This document shows positions 36,201-51,200 of a stretch of 64,000 nucleotides of DNA, in pieces (within the stretch, counting starts at the first letter, position 1; every line of letters starts with the position of its first letter). A program made the translations under genes and the position numbers. The stretch is from Mobula hypostoma (Eukaryota), in NCBI RefSeq assembly GCF_963921235.1, contig NC_086107.1:98520001-98584000 (forward strand). The letters are read 5' to 3'. The notes below the pieces were generated by a model. That model was given only the letters and a program-made list of their open reading frames with translations, did no database searches and had not been told where the DNA came from.

Positions 36201-39200
36201 GTTTGCATTCCATTATACCCTTCCTCTGAGCAACTGTTGCTGATGACGGTAAGGCTGAGTGTACGTACAGACTGCTCAGCTGCAGAAGCCGTAAGAACAG
36301 AGCCTGATTTATCTTTGCCAGGGGGTCCCATGAACAGATTTCTGCCTCACAGTCTATAATCTGCTGCTTCACTGAGTTTTTCCATGCCACGCACTCTTCG
36401 CCCCTTATCTAGCAATAGGAGACATGGTGCAGTGTTAGGGGAGATTAATTCTCCATGCTGGTAGCATGTAAGACAAGGGCCAGGAACACGGGAGTACCTG
36501 ACCTGACACAGTATGTACGTCGTATTTCTGTGCCCATTGGAATCCAGTTTGACTGCCAAATACCACATGAGACCATGAAGGGTCTCGGCCTGAAACATCG
36601 CTAGTTTGTTCATTTCCATGGATGCTGCCTGACCTGCTGAGTTCTTCCAGCATTTTGTGTGTGTTCCTACAAACTAAAGGCAACTGATTATTAAGCAGAG
36701 TAACAACAGGGAGCTGCCTAGAAAGATAATGAGAAAGAAGATTGTAGACAAATGTGGAAGATATGGAGAAAGCTTTAGTAACACACACGAAATGCTGGAG
36801 GAACTCAGCAGGTCAGGCAGCATCCATGGAAATGCATAAACTTTTCTTTGGCTTCCAGCAGGGTACAAATATCAATTTTAACCGACATTTCGATGATCAA
36901 CTGCCATCTTCAGGGACGTTTCAGGCCAGGACCATTCATCGGGACTGGAAAGGAAGGGGATAGATGCCAGAATAAAAAGGTGAAGGGGAGGGGAAGGAGG
37001 CTTGCTAGAAGGTGAGAGGTGAAGCCAGGTGGGTAGTAAAGGTAAAGGGCTGGAGAGGAAAGAATCTGATAGGAGAGGAGAGTGGACCATGAGAGAAAGG
37101 GAAGGGGGAGGGAGCCCAGGTGGAAGTGATAGGCAGGTGACAAGAGTTAAGAGGCCAGAGTGTGGGATAGAAGAGGAGTGCAGGGGGGAGGGACTTTTTT
37201 TTAAACCAGAAGTAGAAATCGATATTCATGCCTTCATCTCTACCCAGGCAGAATATAAGGTGTTGCTTTTCCACCCTGAGAGTGGCCTCATTGTGACACA
37301 AGAGGAGGCCAAGGACCTTATCATTTGCATAATGACCAAGGGGCATGTGGCACTGTAGTGTAGCAGCTAGCATAACACTGCAACACCAGCGGCGGGGTTC
37401 AATTCCCAGTAATGTTTGTACGTTATCCCTGTGACTATGTGGGTTCCCCCTTGTGCTCCAGTTTCCTCCCACATTCTAAAGGCATACGGGGTAGGATTAG
37501 TAAGTTATGGGCACACTATGTTGGCGCCGGAAGCATTGGCAACATTCGCGGGCTGCTCCCAGCGCAGTCCTGGACAGCGTTGGTTGTTGATACAAATGAT
37601 GCTTTTCACTGTCCATGTCCATTTCGATGTTCATGTGACAAGCAAAGCTAATCTTTAGAATTGGAAAACCATTAAAGAGCAGGCTTTAAAGGATGTTCAG
37701 GAATGATTTATAAAGAGCTCGTTGAATCTTTGAACACAGTAAAATCTATGATAAAGCGGCCTTGCTGTTTATGAGGGAGTTGAGGGTTTCGGGAAAAGGG
37801 TTGGGAAGTGAAGCTGATCAAGCAATGATCTTACTGAATGGTTCAAGATTAAAGTTCCAAGTCCATTTATTATTAAAGAATGCATAAATTATACAACCTT
37901 GAGAGGTAGCCATAAAGCAAGAAACCCAAGATAACCCAATTAAAAAATAAATAAAAGACCAACTCCTGATTTGCAAGAGAAAGAAAAAAAAAACAAAACG
38001 TGCAAACATCTGAAGCAAACAACAACGTCCTGAGCCAAAACTGAGTCCTTAGATCTGACCCTGGTACAGCCCAGAGAAGGTCGAAAGCCTCGCTTATCAG
38101 TTGATTATATTAGCAGACACCTAATGCTGACATATCCCGAAGGAGTTGGGACATTTGGTTGCCATTGCTTTTCTCTTATTATTGGAATTAATGGTTAATC
38201 ACTCTTGAAGGTTATGCTTACTGGCTAGAATTCAGTGATAAAGCTAATAATGCCACAGAGCACATTTTTTAAGGATGAATTAAGAGCTTGAAAATGGATC
38301 AGGGTGACATCTGAAAGGTAGGACATGAGGTTGTGCAAGCTTCCAGCTCATGCTCTTAATAGCAGAATGCATTCTGGAATGGTTCCAGTACATCAGAGGA
38401 GGATAATGCAGTCCTTTGGATTGGAAGGTGACATGAAGGATTCAGTGAAATACGGGTCTATTAGTTTAATAACAATTATTAGTCTTGCGGTTGATACCTC
38501 AGGTAGAGGAGGGCCTATTGCAGACAGGATAGAAAGGATGTAGCTTGTCTCCCAAAGAGCATTTGGGGAGCTGCCATCCAAGATTGCTGCCTCTTGTAGT
38601 ATCAGTAATGGAATCAGTTGGATTGAGAGCTAGCTGGCAGGTCCTGGGATCTGCTTGGAGGTCGGTACTCCGCAAGCATTCGGCTGAAACTGTTGCTTTT
38701 CACTGTTTTAATAATGAACTTGTTTTCAGTATTGGGAAAGGCTGCGGATAAAGTGGGACTTAGGGCTGTGGGCTTCAGGCCAGTTCTGATGACTGGCAAA
38801 AGTATGTAAACTGGCACGGTAGGGAAATGGAACATTGAACCTGCTCGCACTCTTCAGGGGAAAAGATTTTAAAGCAGGTGGGTGGAGTTGTACAGTGGAA
38901 AGAAAAATGGAGTACAAGGACAGAAGTATGAGTGGGCCTTCTGGCTCTGAACCTGTACTGCCTTTCATCAAGATCACAGTTTGTGACCGACCTGTGCACC
39001 ATTTCTGCTGCACTCTTACCATATACGTTGATTCTTTTAATGTCCGGAAATACAACTATCCCTCTTTTGAATGTTTTAGTGACTGAGCCTTGACCTCCAT
39101 CAAGGGTAGAGAATTGCAAGGATTCACTGCACTCTCCACGTCTCCGTTCTGAACAGCCACCTGCTATTCTAAGATTGAGAGTCCTCGTTTTGGACTTCCC

Positions 39201-42200
39201 AACTTGGAGAAACAACTTTCTCTGTATCCAGCTATCAAGCCCTGTTAGAATTTTGTAAGTTTCAATTACATTCTCTAAACTAGAGAAGAGAAACCCAACC
39301 TTCTCAAATCTGTCCTAGCAAATGTCTAGTGAATTTTCACTGCATTCCTTCCATACCAAGCATATCTATCTTTTAGATGGAGATAACAGAGCTGTAGATT
39401 CATTATTATTAGTGCCCTCTAGTAATAAGAGACAGCATATTTTTTCTTCACTGATTGCTTCTTGTTGTCGTTCTGCGAGAGGTGTACAAGGACTCCCAGA
39501 TCCCTTAGAACATCAACATTGTGCATTCTTTCAAAGTTCAAGGTAACATTTATTGTCAGAGTACATCCTTGTCACCACTTGCAACCCTGAGGTTCTTTTT
39601 CCTGTGGGCATACTCAGCAAATACATAGAACAGTAACTGTAAACAGGATCAATGAACAACCAGTCCTGCCAAAGGATCTCGGCCCGAAACACCGACTGTA
39701 CTCTTTTCCATAGATGCTGCCTGGCCTGCTGAGTTCTTCCAGCATTGTGTTTGTGTTGTGTGGTCTCCCAGCATCTGCAGATTTTCTCTTGTTTGAAACT
39801 GTGCATATATGTCGCCATATACAACCCTGAGATTCATTTTCTTGTGGGCATACTTAACAAGTCTATGCTATGATTATTATTCTAGAGTAAATGAAAGACT
39901 GCCCCAACTAGGGTGTTCAATCAGAGTGCCCTTTCAGAAGTTATTCCCTTTGGTTCAAGAGCCTGATGGTTGAGGGGTAATAACTATTCCTGAACCTGGT
40001 GGTGTGAGTCCTGAGCCTCTTGTACCTTCTTCCTGGTGGCAGCAGCAAGAAGCTGGGTGGTGGGAGTCCCTGATGATGGATGCTGCTTTCCTGCGACAGT
40101 GTGTCATGTAGATGTGCTCAATGACTGGGAGGCCTTTACCGAGCCATATCTACTACTTTTTGTAGGGTTTTCTGTTCAAGGGCATTGGTCTTTCTATACT
40201 GGACTGTGATGCAACCGTCAATGTACTCTCCACTGCACGTCTGTAGAAGTTTGTCAAAGCCTTGCTGAATCTCCGCAAACTCTTAAGGATGTAGAGGTGC
40301 TACTTTTTTTCATAACTGAACTTGTATGCTGGGCCCAGGACAGGTCCTCTGTAATAATGACACCTAGGAATTTAACATTGCTGACTCTCTTCATCTCTGA
40401 TCCTCTGAAGAGGTCTGGTTCATGGACCTCTGGTTTCCTTCTCCTGAAATCTATAATCCATTCCTTGGTCTTGCTGACATTGAGCTGAGAGGTTGTTGTT
40501 ACGACACCACTCAGCTAGGTATTCATTCTTTTCCCCCAGGTGCTGATTCATCACCACCTTTGATTCGCCCTACCACAGTGGTGTCATCAGCAGGCTTGAA
40601 TATGGCATTGGAGCTGTGTTTAGCCGCACAGTATGAAATAAAATACTGCCTACGTTTCAATGGCCAAATTATCGCTAGATTCTCTACTGGGTCTTAAACC
40701 AATTTTAACTTGGTCAAAGTTTAACTGTTCCATCGTTGTCACTGGGCAGGAACACCACCACACAGACTTCAATTTCACCAAACCATGCTACAGAAAAAGG
40801 CAGCCGAGACCATCAAGTCCACATCAACCATGATGTTACCCCAGGCTGCTGTGGGAGGCGAGGGAGGAGATTGCTGAGCCTCTGGCGATGATCTTTGCAT
40901 CATCAATGGGGGCGGGAGAGGTTCCAGAGGATTGGAGGGTTGCGGATGTTGTTCCCTTATTCAAGAAAGGGAGTAGAGATAGCCCAGGAAATTATAGACC
41001 AAAGATCCTGAGAGGCAGGACTTATGAACATTTGGAGAGGTATAATATGATTAGGAATAGTCAGCATGGCTTTGTCAAGGGCGGGTCATGCCTTATGAGC
41101 CTGATTGAACTTTTTGAGGATGTGACTAAACACATTGATGAAGGTAGAGCAGTAGATGTATATGGATTTCAGCAAGGTATTTGATAAGGTACCCCATGCA
41201 AGGCTTATTGAGAAAGTAAGGGAGCATGGGATCCAAGGGGACCTTGCTTTGTGGATCCAGAACTGGTTTGCCCACAGAAGGCAAAGAGTAGTTGTAGATG
41301 GGTCATATTCTGCATGGAGGTCAGTGACCAGTGGTGTGCCTCAGGGATCTGTTCTGGGATCCTTACTCTTCATGATGTTTATAAATGATCTGGATGAGGA
41401 AGTGGAGGGATGGGTTAGTAAATTTGCTGATGACACAAAGGTTAGGGGTGTTATGGATAGTGTGGAGGGCTGTCAGAGGTCACGGTGGGACATTGATGGG
41501 ATGCAAAACTGGGCTGAGAAGTGGCAGATGGAGTTCAACCCAGATAAATGTGAAGTGGTTCATTTTGGTAGGTCAAATATGATGGCAGAATATAGTATTA
41601 ATGGTAAGACTCTTGGCAGTGTGGAGGATCAGAGGGATCTTGGGGTCAGAGTCCATAGGACACTCAAAGCTGCTGCGCAGGTTAACTCTGGTTAATAAGG
41701 CATACGGTGTATTGGCCTTCATCAATCGTGGAATTGAATTTAGGAGCGGAGACGTAATGTTGCAGCTATATAGGACCCTGGTCAGACCCCACTTGGAGTA
41801 CAGTGCTCAGTTCTGGTCGCCTCACTACAGGAAGGATGTGGAAACCATAGAAAGGGTGCAGAGGAGATTTACAAGGATGTTGTCTGAATTGGGGAGCATG
41901 CCTTATGAAAACAGGTTGAGTGAACACCACCTCTTCTCCTTGGAGCGACGGAGAATGAGAGGTGACCTGACAGAGGTGTATAAGATGATGAGAGGCATTG
42001 ATCGTGTGGATAGTCAGAGGCTTTTTCCCAGGGCTGAAATGGCTGCCACAAGAGGGCACAAGTTTAAGGTGCTTGGGAGTAGGTACAGAGGAGATGTCAG
42101 GGGTGAGTTTTTTACGCAGAGAGTGGTGAGTGCATGGAATGAGCTGCCGGCAATGGTGCTAGAGGTGGATACGATAGGGTCGTTTAAGAGACTTTTGGAT

Positions 42201-45200
42201 AGGTACATGGAGCTTAGAAAAATAGAGGGCAATGGGTAACCCTGTTAATTTCTAAGGTAGGGACATGTTCGGCACAGCTTTGTGGGCCGAAGGGCCTGTA
42301 TTGTGCTGTAGGCTTTCTGTTTCTAACCACCTATTTACACTAGTCCTACATTAATCCCAGTTTTCCATCTCCCCTCATTCTCATCAGTTCTTCCTGAATT
42401 CTACTGCTCACATACACGCAAGATGAAATTTAAACAAAGAATGTGCAGACTCTACTCAGATGGAACCGGACATTCGACCTACATGCAGGTTGCTGGAACT
42501 TAGAAGCTGCTGCGGTACACCACTACGACATTAAGCACCTTGTGATATTTCTTTTGTGCTGGCAGGAACTCCTATGGAGAAGCGGCACGGTAGTATGGTT
42601 AGCACTACGGTTTACAGTACAGGCGACCCAGGTTCAAATCCCGCTGCTGCCTGCAAGGAGTTTGTACATTCTCCCCGTGACTGCGTGGGTTTCCTCCGGC
42701 TGCCCTGGTTTCCTCCCACAGTCCCACCATTTAGTAGGTTAATTGGCCATTATAAATTTTCCCTGGAATGGCCTATTCTACGTCATATCTCAGGAAATCA
42801 ATAAATAAATAGAACAGTGGAAACAGATACAGTAGTGATTTTCAAAATAGAACTGGGTTATTAAAAATTAGAGGTATTTGCAGAATGACAAGGGCTGGTA
42901 GAACCAGTTGGTTTGTTCAGAGTCAGTACAGGCAAGGCAGTCACCTTTTTTTCGTCAGTTCATCTCCAGTTGATCACTGGCATCTATTGTCCATCATTGT
43001 GTTTCTGGCCTTTCAGAACATTCAGAGTCAGCCACCTTGGAGGGTACAGACTCAGACATTGGCCATTTGGGGCAAGGACACAGATCTCATTCCCTGTACC
43101 AACAAGGGAAAATCTGCAGGTGCTGGAAATCCAAGCAACACACACAAAATGCAAGAGGAACTCAGCAGGCCAGGCAGCATCTATGGAAAAGAGTAAACGT
43201 TTGAAGTCTCGGGCCAAGACCCTTCATCAGAACTGGACAAAAAAGATGAGGAGTCAGAGTAAGAAGATGAGGGGAGGGGAAGAAGAAACACAAGGTGAAA
43301 TGTGAAACTGGGAGGGGTGAAGTAAAGAGCTGGGAAGTTGATTAGTGAAGGAGATACAGGGCTGGAGAAGGGGGAGTTTGATAGCAGAGGACAGAAGGCC
43401 CTGGAAGAAAGAAAGGGGGGAGGAGCACCAGAGCAAGGTGATGGGCAGGTAAGGAGATAAGGTGAGAGAGGGAAATGGGAATGGGGAAGGTGGGGTGGGG
43501 GGGAGCCTTCACCAGAAGTTTGAGAACTCAATGTTCATGCCATCAGGTTGGAGGCTACTCAGAAGGAATATAAAGTGTTATTCCTCCAACCTGAGTGTGG
43601 CCTCATTGCGACAGTAGAGGAGGCAATAGAATGACATGTCGGAATGGGAATGGGAAGTGGAATTAATATGGATGACCTCTGGGAGATCCTGTTTTTTCTG
43701 GCAGATGGAGCATTGGTGCTCGGTGAAGTGGTCTCCCAATCTGTGTGGAGTCTCCCCGATATGCAGGAGACCACACAGCTACACCGAGAGCACCGGACAC
43801 AGTAGGTAACCCCCAACAGACTCATAGGTGAAGTGTCCCTCACCTGGAAGGACTGTTTGGGGCCCTGAATGGTAGTGAGGGAGGAGGTGTAAGGGCAGGT
43901 GTAGCAGTTGTTCCACTTGCAAGGGTAAGTGCCAAGAGGGAGATCAGTAGGGAAGGGCAAATGGACAAGGGAGTTATGTAGGGAGCAATCCTTGCAGAAA
44001 GTGGGAGAAAAAGATGTGTTTGGTGGTGGGATCACAATGAGGCCACATTTCGGTTGGAGAAGCAACACCTTGTATTCCATCTGGGTATCCTCTAACTTGA
44101 TGGCATGAACATCGATTTCTTGAACTTCCAGTAAACCCCACCTCCCCCCCCCTTCACCATTCCCTATTCCCATTTCCCCCCTCGCCGTATCTCCTTACCC
44201 ACCCATCACCTCCCTCTGGTGCTCCTCCCCTTCTCTTTCTTCCATGGCCTTCTGTACTCTCCTATCAGATTCTCCCTTCTCCAGCCCTGTATCTCTTTCA
44301 CCAGTCGACTTCTCAGCTCTTTACTTCACCCCTCCCCCCCCCAGTTTCACCTATGACCTCGTGGTTCTTGCTCCTCTCTCCCGCTCGTCCCACCTTCCTC
44401 ATCTTTATTTCCAGTCCTGACGAAGGGTCTCGGCCCAAAACAGCGACGGTACTCTTTCCCATAGATGCTGCCCAGCCTGCTGAGTTCCTCCCGCATTTTG
44501 TGTGTGTTGCTTTCATTCTTCGGCGGTTATTTGTGAACCAAGTGAGTCTTACAACAAACTAAAGGTTAACTGTGCAGGCTCTTTGAATTTGAGATTTATT
44601 TAATTACTGAAATTTCCCCAGCTGCTATTGTGGAATTTGAACTCTGAATAGTCCAGTCATTGGAAGATAGTCCTTTCATTTAGCTGTACATTACTACACC
44701 GTTTTGAGCTGCATGAAGCTTGGCAAACAGTGCACCTGTTGACAATTTTTGTTACTAGTTTAACCAGCATCTGCAGAATTACTAGTCCTTCATTTTAAGA
44801 GTCAAGTGAAACAGATATCTTCCCTTATCAGTTCACACAGGTTTGTAAAGCAAGGTAAAGAAACACTGGGAATCCGAAAGTATCAATATCAGCTTCTGCT
44901 CGCGATTGCTAAAGTAAACGTACTTGAAGTGTGAAGACGTTCAAAAGAAAAGAAAGAATGTTGCTATGTGAATCTTGCATTTGTCCATATTTTCCTAACT
45001 GCAGTAAAGTGCTGTGACATATACATTGGCATTTAATGATAAATTAAGGTTTCCAATTTTGTATATCAGTGAACACGAGAAAACCTGCAGATGCTTGAAC
45101 ACCAAAGCAACACGCACAAAATGCTGGAGGAACTCAGCAGGCCGGGCAGCATCAACGGAAAGGGCAGTCGACGTTTCAGGTGGAGACCCTTCATCAGGGC

Positions 45201-48200
45201 CGGAAGGGAAGGGGAGAAGTCAGAGTAAGAAGGTGGGGGAGGGTGGAAGAAGTACAAGGGGGCAGGTGGCTCTCATGGTCAAAGAGGCGGAGGGCAACGG
45301 GGGGGTGGGGGGAGCAGTGAGAGAATGTTTCACTGAAGGGCAGACATCCCTCAGAAGAGACTTCACAGTCATTGTAGAATCACAAACACAAGAAAATCTG
45401 CTACTGCTGAAAATCCAAAGCAACATGCACCTTGCCACCTTGTACTACTTCCTCCCAGTCCCACCACCACCTTCCTGCACTGACTTCTCCCCTTCCTTTC
45501 CAGTCGCGATGAAGGGTCTCAACCCAGAAGATCACCTGTTTACTCTTCTCCAAAGATGCTGCCTGACCTGCTGAGTTCCTCCAGCAATTTGTGCACGTTG
45601 CTTTGTATATCTTTGAGCTTTCTTTAAATAAAGGCATCCGTTAGTCTTGCGAGACCATGGATCTGCGCCTGGAAAGTCTTCCCTCTCCATGACACCGATG
45701 TTGTCCAAGGGAAGGGCATTAGGACCCATACAGCTTGGCACCAGTGTCGTCGCAGAGCAATATGTGATTAAGTGCCTTGCTCAGGGACACAACACGTTCC
45801 CCCGGCTGGGGCTCGAACTCACGACCTTCAGGTAGCTAGTCCAATGCCTTAACCACTTGGCCACATGCCCACTGTCTTTAAATAATCTTCAGTTTCAATC
45901 TTCTGATGTACAAAATAGAAACAGGCATTGGTTCTAGGAGCTCTTGAGCCTGCTACATTAGGTAGTGGATAAAGGTCTTGGCTTCACTTTCCAGTCCAAA
46001 CTTAAAGTCGCTTACTTTGTTTGGAGTTAGAAAAAAGAGTTTCATAAGCATACGCATTAAAGGATCATTAAGAATTTCTTTCTTTTTAAATCTTTTTATT
46101 GAGTAAGTATACAAAAAAGGTAAGCCATATAAACATTAATACAATGTTAAAGTATAATAAAATTCCAAAAGATATCAATACCAAAAAGAAAATACTACAA
46201 ACAATGTAATTTAAGCATAAGAAACCAAGATAACATAATAGTATACTAAATTTTATATATATCAATGGAAAAAAAAGAAAAAAAAAAACCCCAAAAAAAA
46301 ACCCACCGTGCAGCTAACTAAAAGCAAGGCAAAGCAATGGGCTAACTTGAAACCAAACAGAGTTAAACTTAAAATCACGTCCTCAATCCCGACCTCCATT
46401 AAAAACAGTGAAAAAAAAACAAGAAGGGTAAATATTACATTAAATGAAAATATCGAATAAAAGGTCCCCAAATCTGTTCAAATTTAAATGAAGAATCATA
46501 AAGGTTACTTCTAATTTTCTCCAAATTCAAACATAAAATCGTCTGAGAAAACCAAAAAAAGGTAGTTGGAGCATTAAGCTCTTTCCAATGTTGTAAAATA
46601 CATCTTTTCGCCATTAAAGTAAGAAATGCAATCATTCTACGGGCTGAAGGGGAAAGATTACTAGAAATTTTAGGTAGTCCAAAGATAGCAGTAATAGGGT
46701 GAGGAGAGATATCTATATTTAGTACCTTAGAAATAATATTGAAAATATCTCTCCAAAAAGTTTCCAAAGTAGGGCAAGACCAAAACATATGAGTTAAAGA
46801 GGCTATCTGCCCCGAACATCTATCACAGAAAGGATTAATATGCGAGTAAAAACGCGCTAACTTATCTTTGGACATATGTGCTCTATGAACCACTTTAAAT
46901 TGAATTAGGGAATGTTTAGCACAAATAGAGGAAGTATTAACTAATTGTAAAATCTGCCCCCAATCATCCACAGAAATGGTAAGCCCCAATTCCTGTTCCC
47001 AATCTACCCTAATCTTATCAAATGAAGCTTTCCTAAGTTTCATAATAATATTATAAATCATAGCCGATGCACCTTTCTGACATGGATTAAGGTTAATTAT
47101 CGAATCTAAAATATATGTAGGAGGAAGCATTGGAAAGGAAGAAAGTATAGTACTTAGGAAATTTCTAACTTGTAAATATCTAAAAAAATGTATTCTTGAT
47201 AAGTTATATTTATTAGATAATTGTTCAAAAGACATAAGGGAACCATCTAAAAATAAATCCAAAAACCGTAAAATACCCTTAGTCTTCCAAGTTTGAAAAG
47301 CGCGATCCGTAAAAGAGGGAGGAAAAAATATGTTACCTAAAATAGGAATCGCTAACCCGAATTGATTAAGATCAAAAAGTTTTCTGAATTGAAACCAAAT
47401 GCGCAAAGCATATTTAACTATCGGGTTAGAGACCTGCTTAAGACGTTTCGAATCAAAAGGGAGAGAGGAGCCTAAAATAGAACCAAGTGTATAACCCTGA
47501 ACAGATTGTAATTCCAATGCTACCCATTTAGGAATAGATAGTATGTCCTGGTCAAGTAACCAAAATTTCATATGTCGAATATTAATAGCCCAATAATAGA
47601 ATCTAAAGTTAGGTAATGCTAAACCTCCATCTCTCTTAGCTTTCTGTAAATGTATTTTACCCAGTCTCGGATTCTTATTCTGCCAAATAAATGAAGAAAT
47701 TTTAGAGTCAACTTTATCAAAAAAAGATTTAGGAACGAAAATTGGTAATGCCTGAAACACATATAAAAATTTTGGCAAAAAAAACATCTTAACTGCATTA
47801 ATACGACCAATCAAAGTTAAATATAAGGGAAACCATTTAGATGAAAGTTGAGTAATATGGTCTATTAATGGTAAAAAGTTAGTCTTAAATAAATCTTTGT
47901 ATTTACAAGTAATTTTAATCCCAAGATATGAAAAGTAATTATTAATCAATTTAAATGGAAATTTATAATATAAGGGAAGATGTTTATTAATCGGAAAAAG
48001 TTCACTCTTACTAAGATTTAATTTATAACCTGAGAAAAGACCAAATTGTGCTAATAACTCTAAAACAGCAGGAATGGATCTCTCAGGATTAGAAATATAT
48101 AAAAGTAAATCATCAGCATAGAGTGATAATTTATGGGACTTTAATCCCCGAGTTATCCCAGTAATATTTGAAGATTCTCGAATAGCAATTGCAAGAGGTT

Positions 48201-51200
48201 CTAATGCAATATCAAATAATAGGGGACTAAGAGGACAGCCTTGTCGAGTACCACGAAAGAGAGGAAAAAAAGGTGAGTTTAAAGAGTTAGTACGAACCGA
48301 GGCTACAGGGGAGTGATATAACAGTTTAATCCAGGATATAAATTTCAAGCTAAAATTAAACATTTCAAGCACCTTAAATAAATAAGGCCATTCTACTCTA
48401 TCAAAAGCTTTCTCGGCATCTAAAGAAATAACACACTCAGGAACATTTTGTGAGGAAGTATAAACGATATTTAACAATGTACGAATATTATAAAAAGAGT
48501 AACGACCTTTAATAAAACCCGTTTGGTCTTCCGAAATAATAGAAGGAAGTACTTTTTCTAGTCTATTTGCTAATAACTTAGAAAAAACTTTAGAATCAAC
48601 ATTTAATAAAGATATTGGTCTATAAGATGCACATTGAGCAGGGTCTTTATCCTTCTTTAGTATTAGAGAAATTGATGCTCTATTAAAAGATTCAGGAAGT
48701 TTACCAAGTTTCAAAGAAGCCTCAAAAACCCTACAGAGCCAAGGAATCAATAAAGAAGCAAAACATTTATAAAATTCAACGGTAAACCCATCAGGGCCAG
48801 GAGCTTTCCCCAGATTCATAGAAAAAATAACATTCTTAATCTCATCCATTGTAATGGAAGTATCTAATAAAGAAGACATATCCTGTGAAATCTGAGGGAA
48901 GTCTAACTTATCTAAAAAATCATTCATATATTTAGAATCCCGAGGAGACTCTGATTGATATAAAGAAGAATAAAAATCACAAAAGGTTTGATTAATCCCC
49001 ACATGATCCAGTATCAATCGATCATTTTGGTTATAAATCTGATTGATTTGAGATTTAACATAATTAGATTTCAATTGATTAGCCAGCAGCTTGCCAATTT
49101 TGTCACTGTGAACATAAAAGTCACTTCTTGTTTTCTTTAATTGGTTTACAATCGAGGACGAGAGTAGTAAACTGTGTTCCATTTGAAGTTCAGTTCTTTG
49201 TTTGTATAACTCCTCAGAAGGAGCCATAACATATTTCTTATCAATTTCTTTAATCTTGTCCACGATTGCCATCTCCTCCTGCTTCTGTTTCTTCCTCAAA
49301 GCAACAGAATACGAAATAATCTGACCCCGAATATAGGCTTTAAAAGTGTCCCAAAGAGTGTTAACCGAAATATCTTCTGTATGGTTAATTGTAAAAAAAA
49401 GCTCAATCTGTTCATTCATAAAATTAACAAAGTCCGAGTCCTGAAGCAACAGCGAATTAAAACGCCATTGTCTATTATTTGGTATATTGGCCATAATTTT
49501 AATAGAAAGCTTAAGTGGAGCATGATCCGAAATGGTTATAGAATCATAATCACATTTAATCACTGAAGGAATAAGACGAGAATCAATGAAAAAATAATCA
49601 ATTCTTGAATAGGAATGATGAACATGTGAAAAGAAGGAAAAATCTTTTTCCTGAGGATGCAGAAAACGCCAAATGTCCGTCGACCCAGAATCAGAAAGGA
49701 AAAAATTAATCAGATTTGCAGATTTATTAGGTAAAGTCCGTAAAGGAGCCGAATGGTCCAAAGCTGGAGACAAACAGGTATTAAGATCTCCGCCCCAAAT
49801 CAATGAAAACTCGTTCAAATTCGGAAACTGATCAAACAATGATTTATAAAATTCCGGACAATCCATATTAGGAGCATAAACATTAACCAAAACTACTTTT
49901 TTATTAAATAGTAAACCACTAACCAATAAAAATCTACCATTCGGATCAGAGATAATATCCTGTTGTATAAAAGTAACTGAGGAATTTATAAAAATAGAGA
50001 CGCCTCGAATCTTAGCATTGGAGTTCGAATGAAATTGTTGTCCCTTCCAGAATTTGAAAAAACGTAGTCTGTCCCCCCTCCGTACATGGGTCTCTTGTAA
50101 AAATAAAATTTGTGCTTTAAGTCTCCGGAACACTTTAAAAACTTTTTTCCTTTTAATAGGATGATTAAGACCATTAGTATTCCAGGAGACAAAATTAATA
50201 ATAGACTCCATAAATCCTAAAGTCAACCCACAACAAGGAGGATTGACGATAGGCGCGACCCACAAACCCGGAGAGGAAACAGAACATACAAAAGATACCG
50301 GGAAAAAGGACGCAACCAATACTTCAATAATGTATATAGCCCAAAGAGAAACAAACTAAAACGTGAAGCCCCTCCCACCACCCCCCCGCCCCAAGACCCC
50401 AAGGCAAAATCTAAAGCAGACCCGCCAGAGAGAAGCAAGCGCTAAAACTACCCCCATGACTTCCGGTATACGCTCCCTAAAAAAAAAGGTATAAATATGA
50501 AAAGGATCAGCTAATTGTAAAACAGTAAAAAAGTAAATAAAAAAAAGTTAGCTCAATTAAAATACACACAGAACAGAACAAAAGCCGGAAAATATATATT
50601 TTAAAAAACCACAATAAACCTCAAACCCATGAATAGACACAGCAACTAGAAAAAATATGATTATTGACATAAAGTGGTTATAAAAAGCAAAACAGAATAA
50701 AATTTTAAAAAAACTACAAAATTTAAGGCCACACAGGAAATACGTAAGATGACAAAAGGGAAGTAACCACCCAGAATCCCCTGGGAAAAGAAAGAAATGA
50801 CGCAGTTAAAAAGAAAGTTTAGCAACCATATTAAGAAATCAAAAATAAATTTTTCTGCCCAGATAGGACACGAAAAAGTTAAAACCAACCAATTCACAGC
50901 CTCCGATCAACGGAGATAATTAAAAAAAGGCAATTAAGATGTTGAACATGAAAGTTGATCCAGATAACTCTGGGCATCCGATGGAGAATCAAAAAAACGA
51001 AGGGCTCCATCTAACATGCGAATCCTTAGACGTGCAGGGTACAGCAGCGCTGGTCTTAAATCCATCTTATAGAATTCCGACATCACGGATCTGTAATGAA
51101 CGCGTTGGTCCCAGATTGGTTTACTGAAATCTTCCACGAATCGGAACTTAAGATCCGAAAAATCAATGAAACCTTTAGATCGAGCGAATCGAAACAGTCT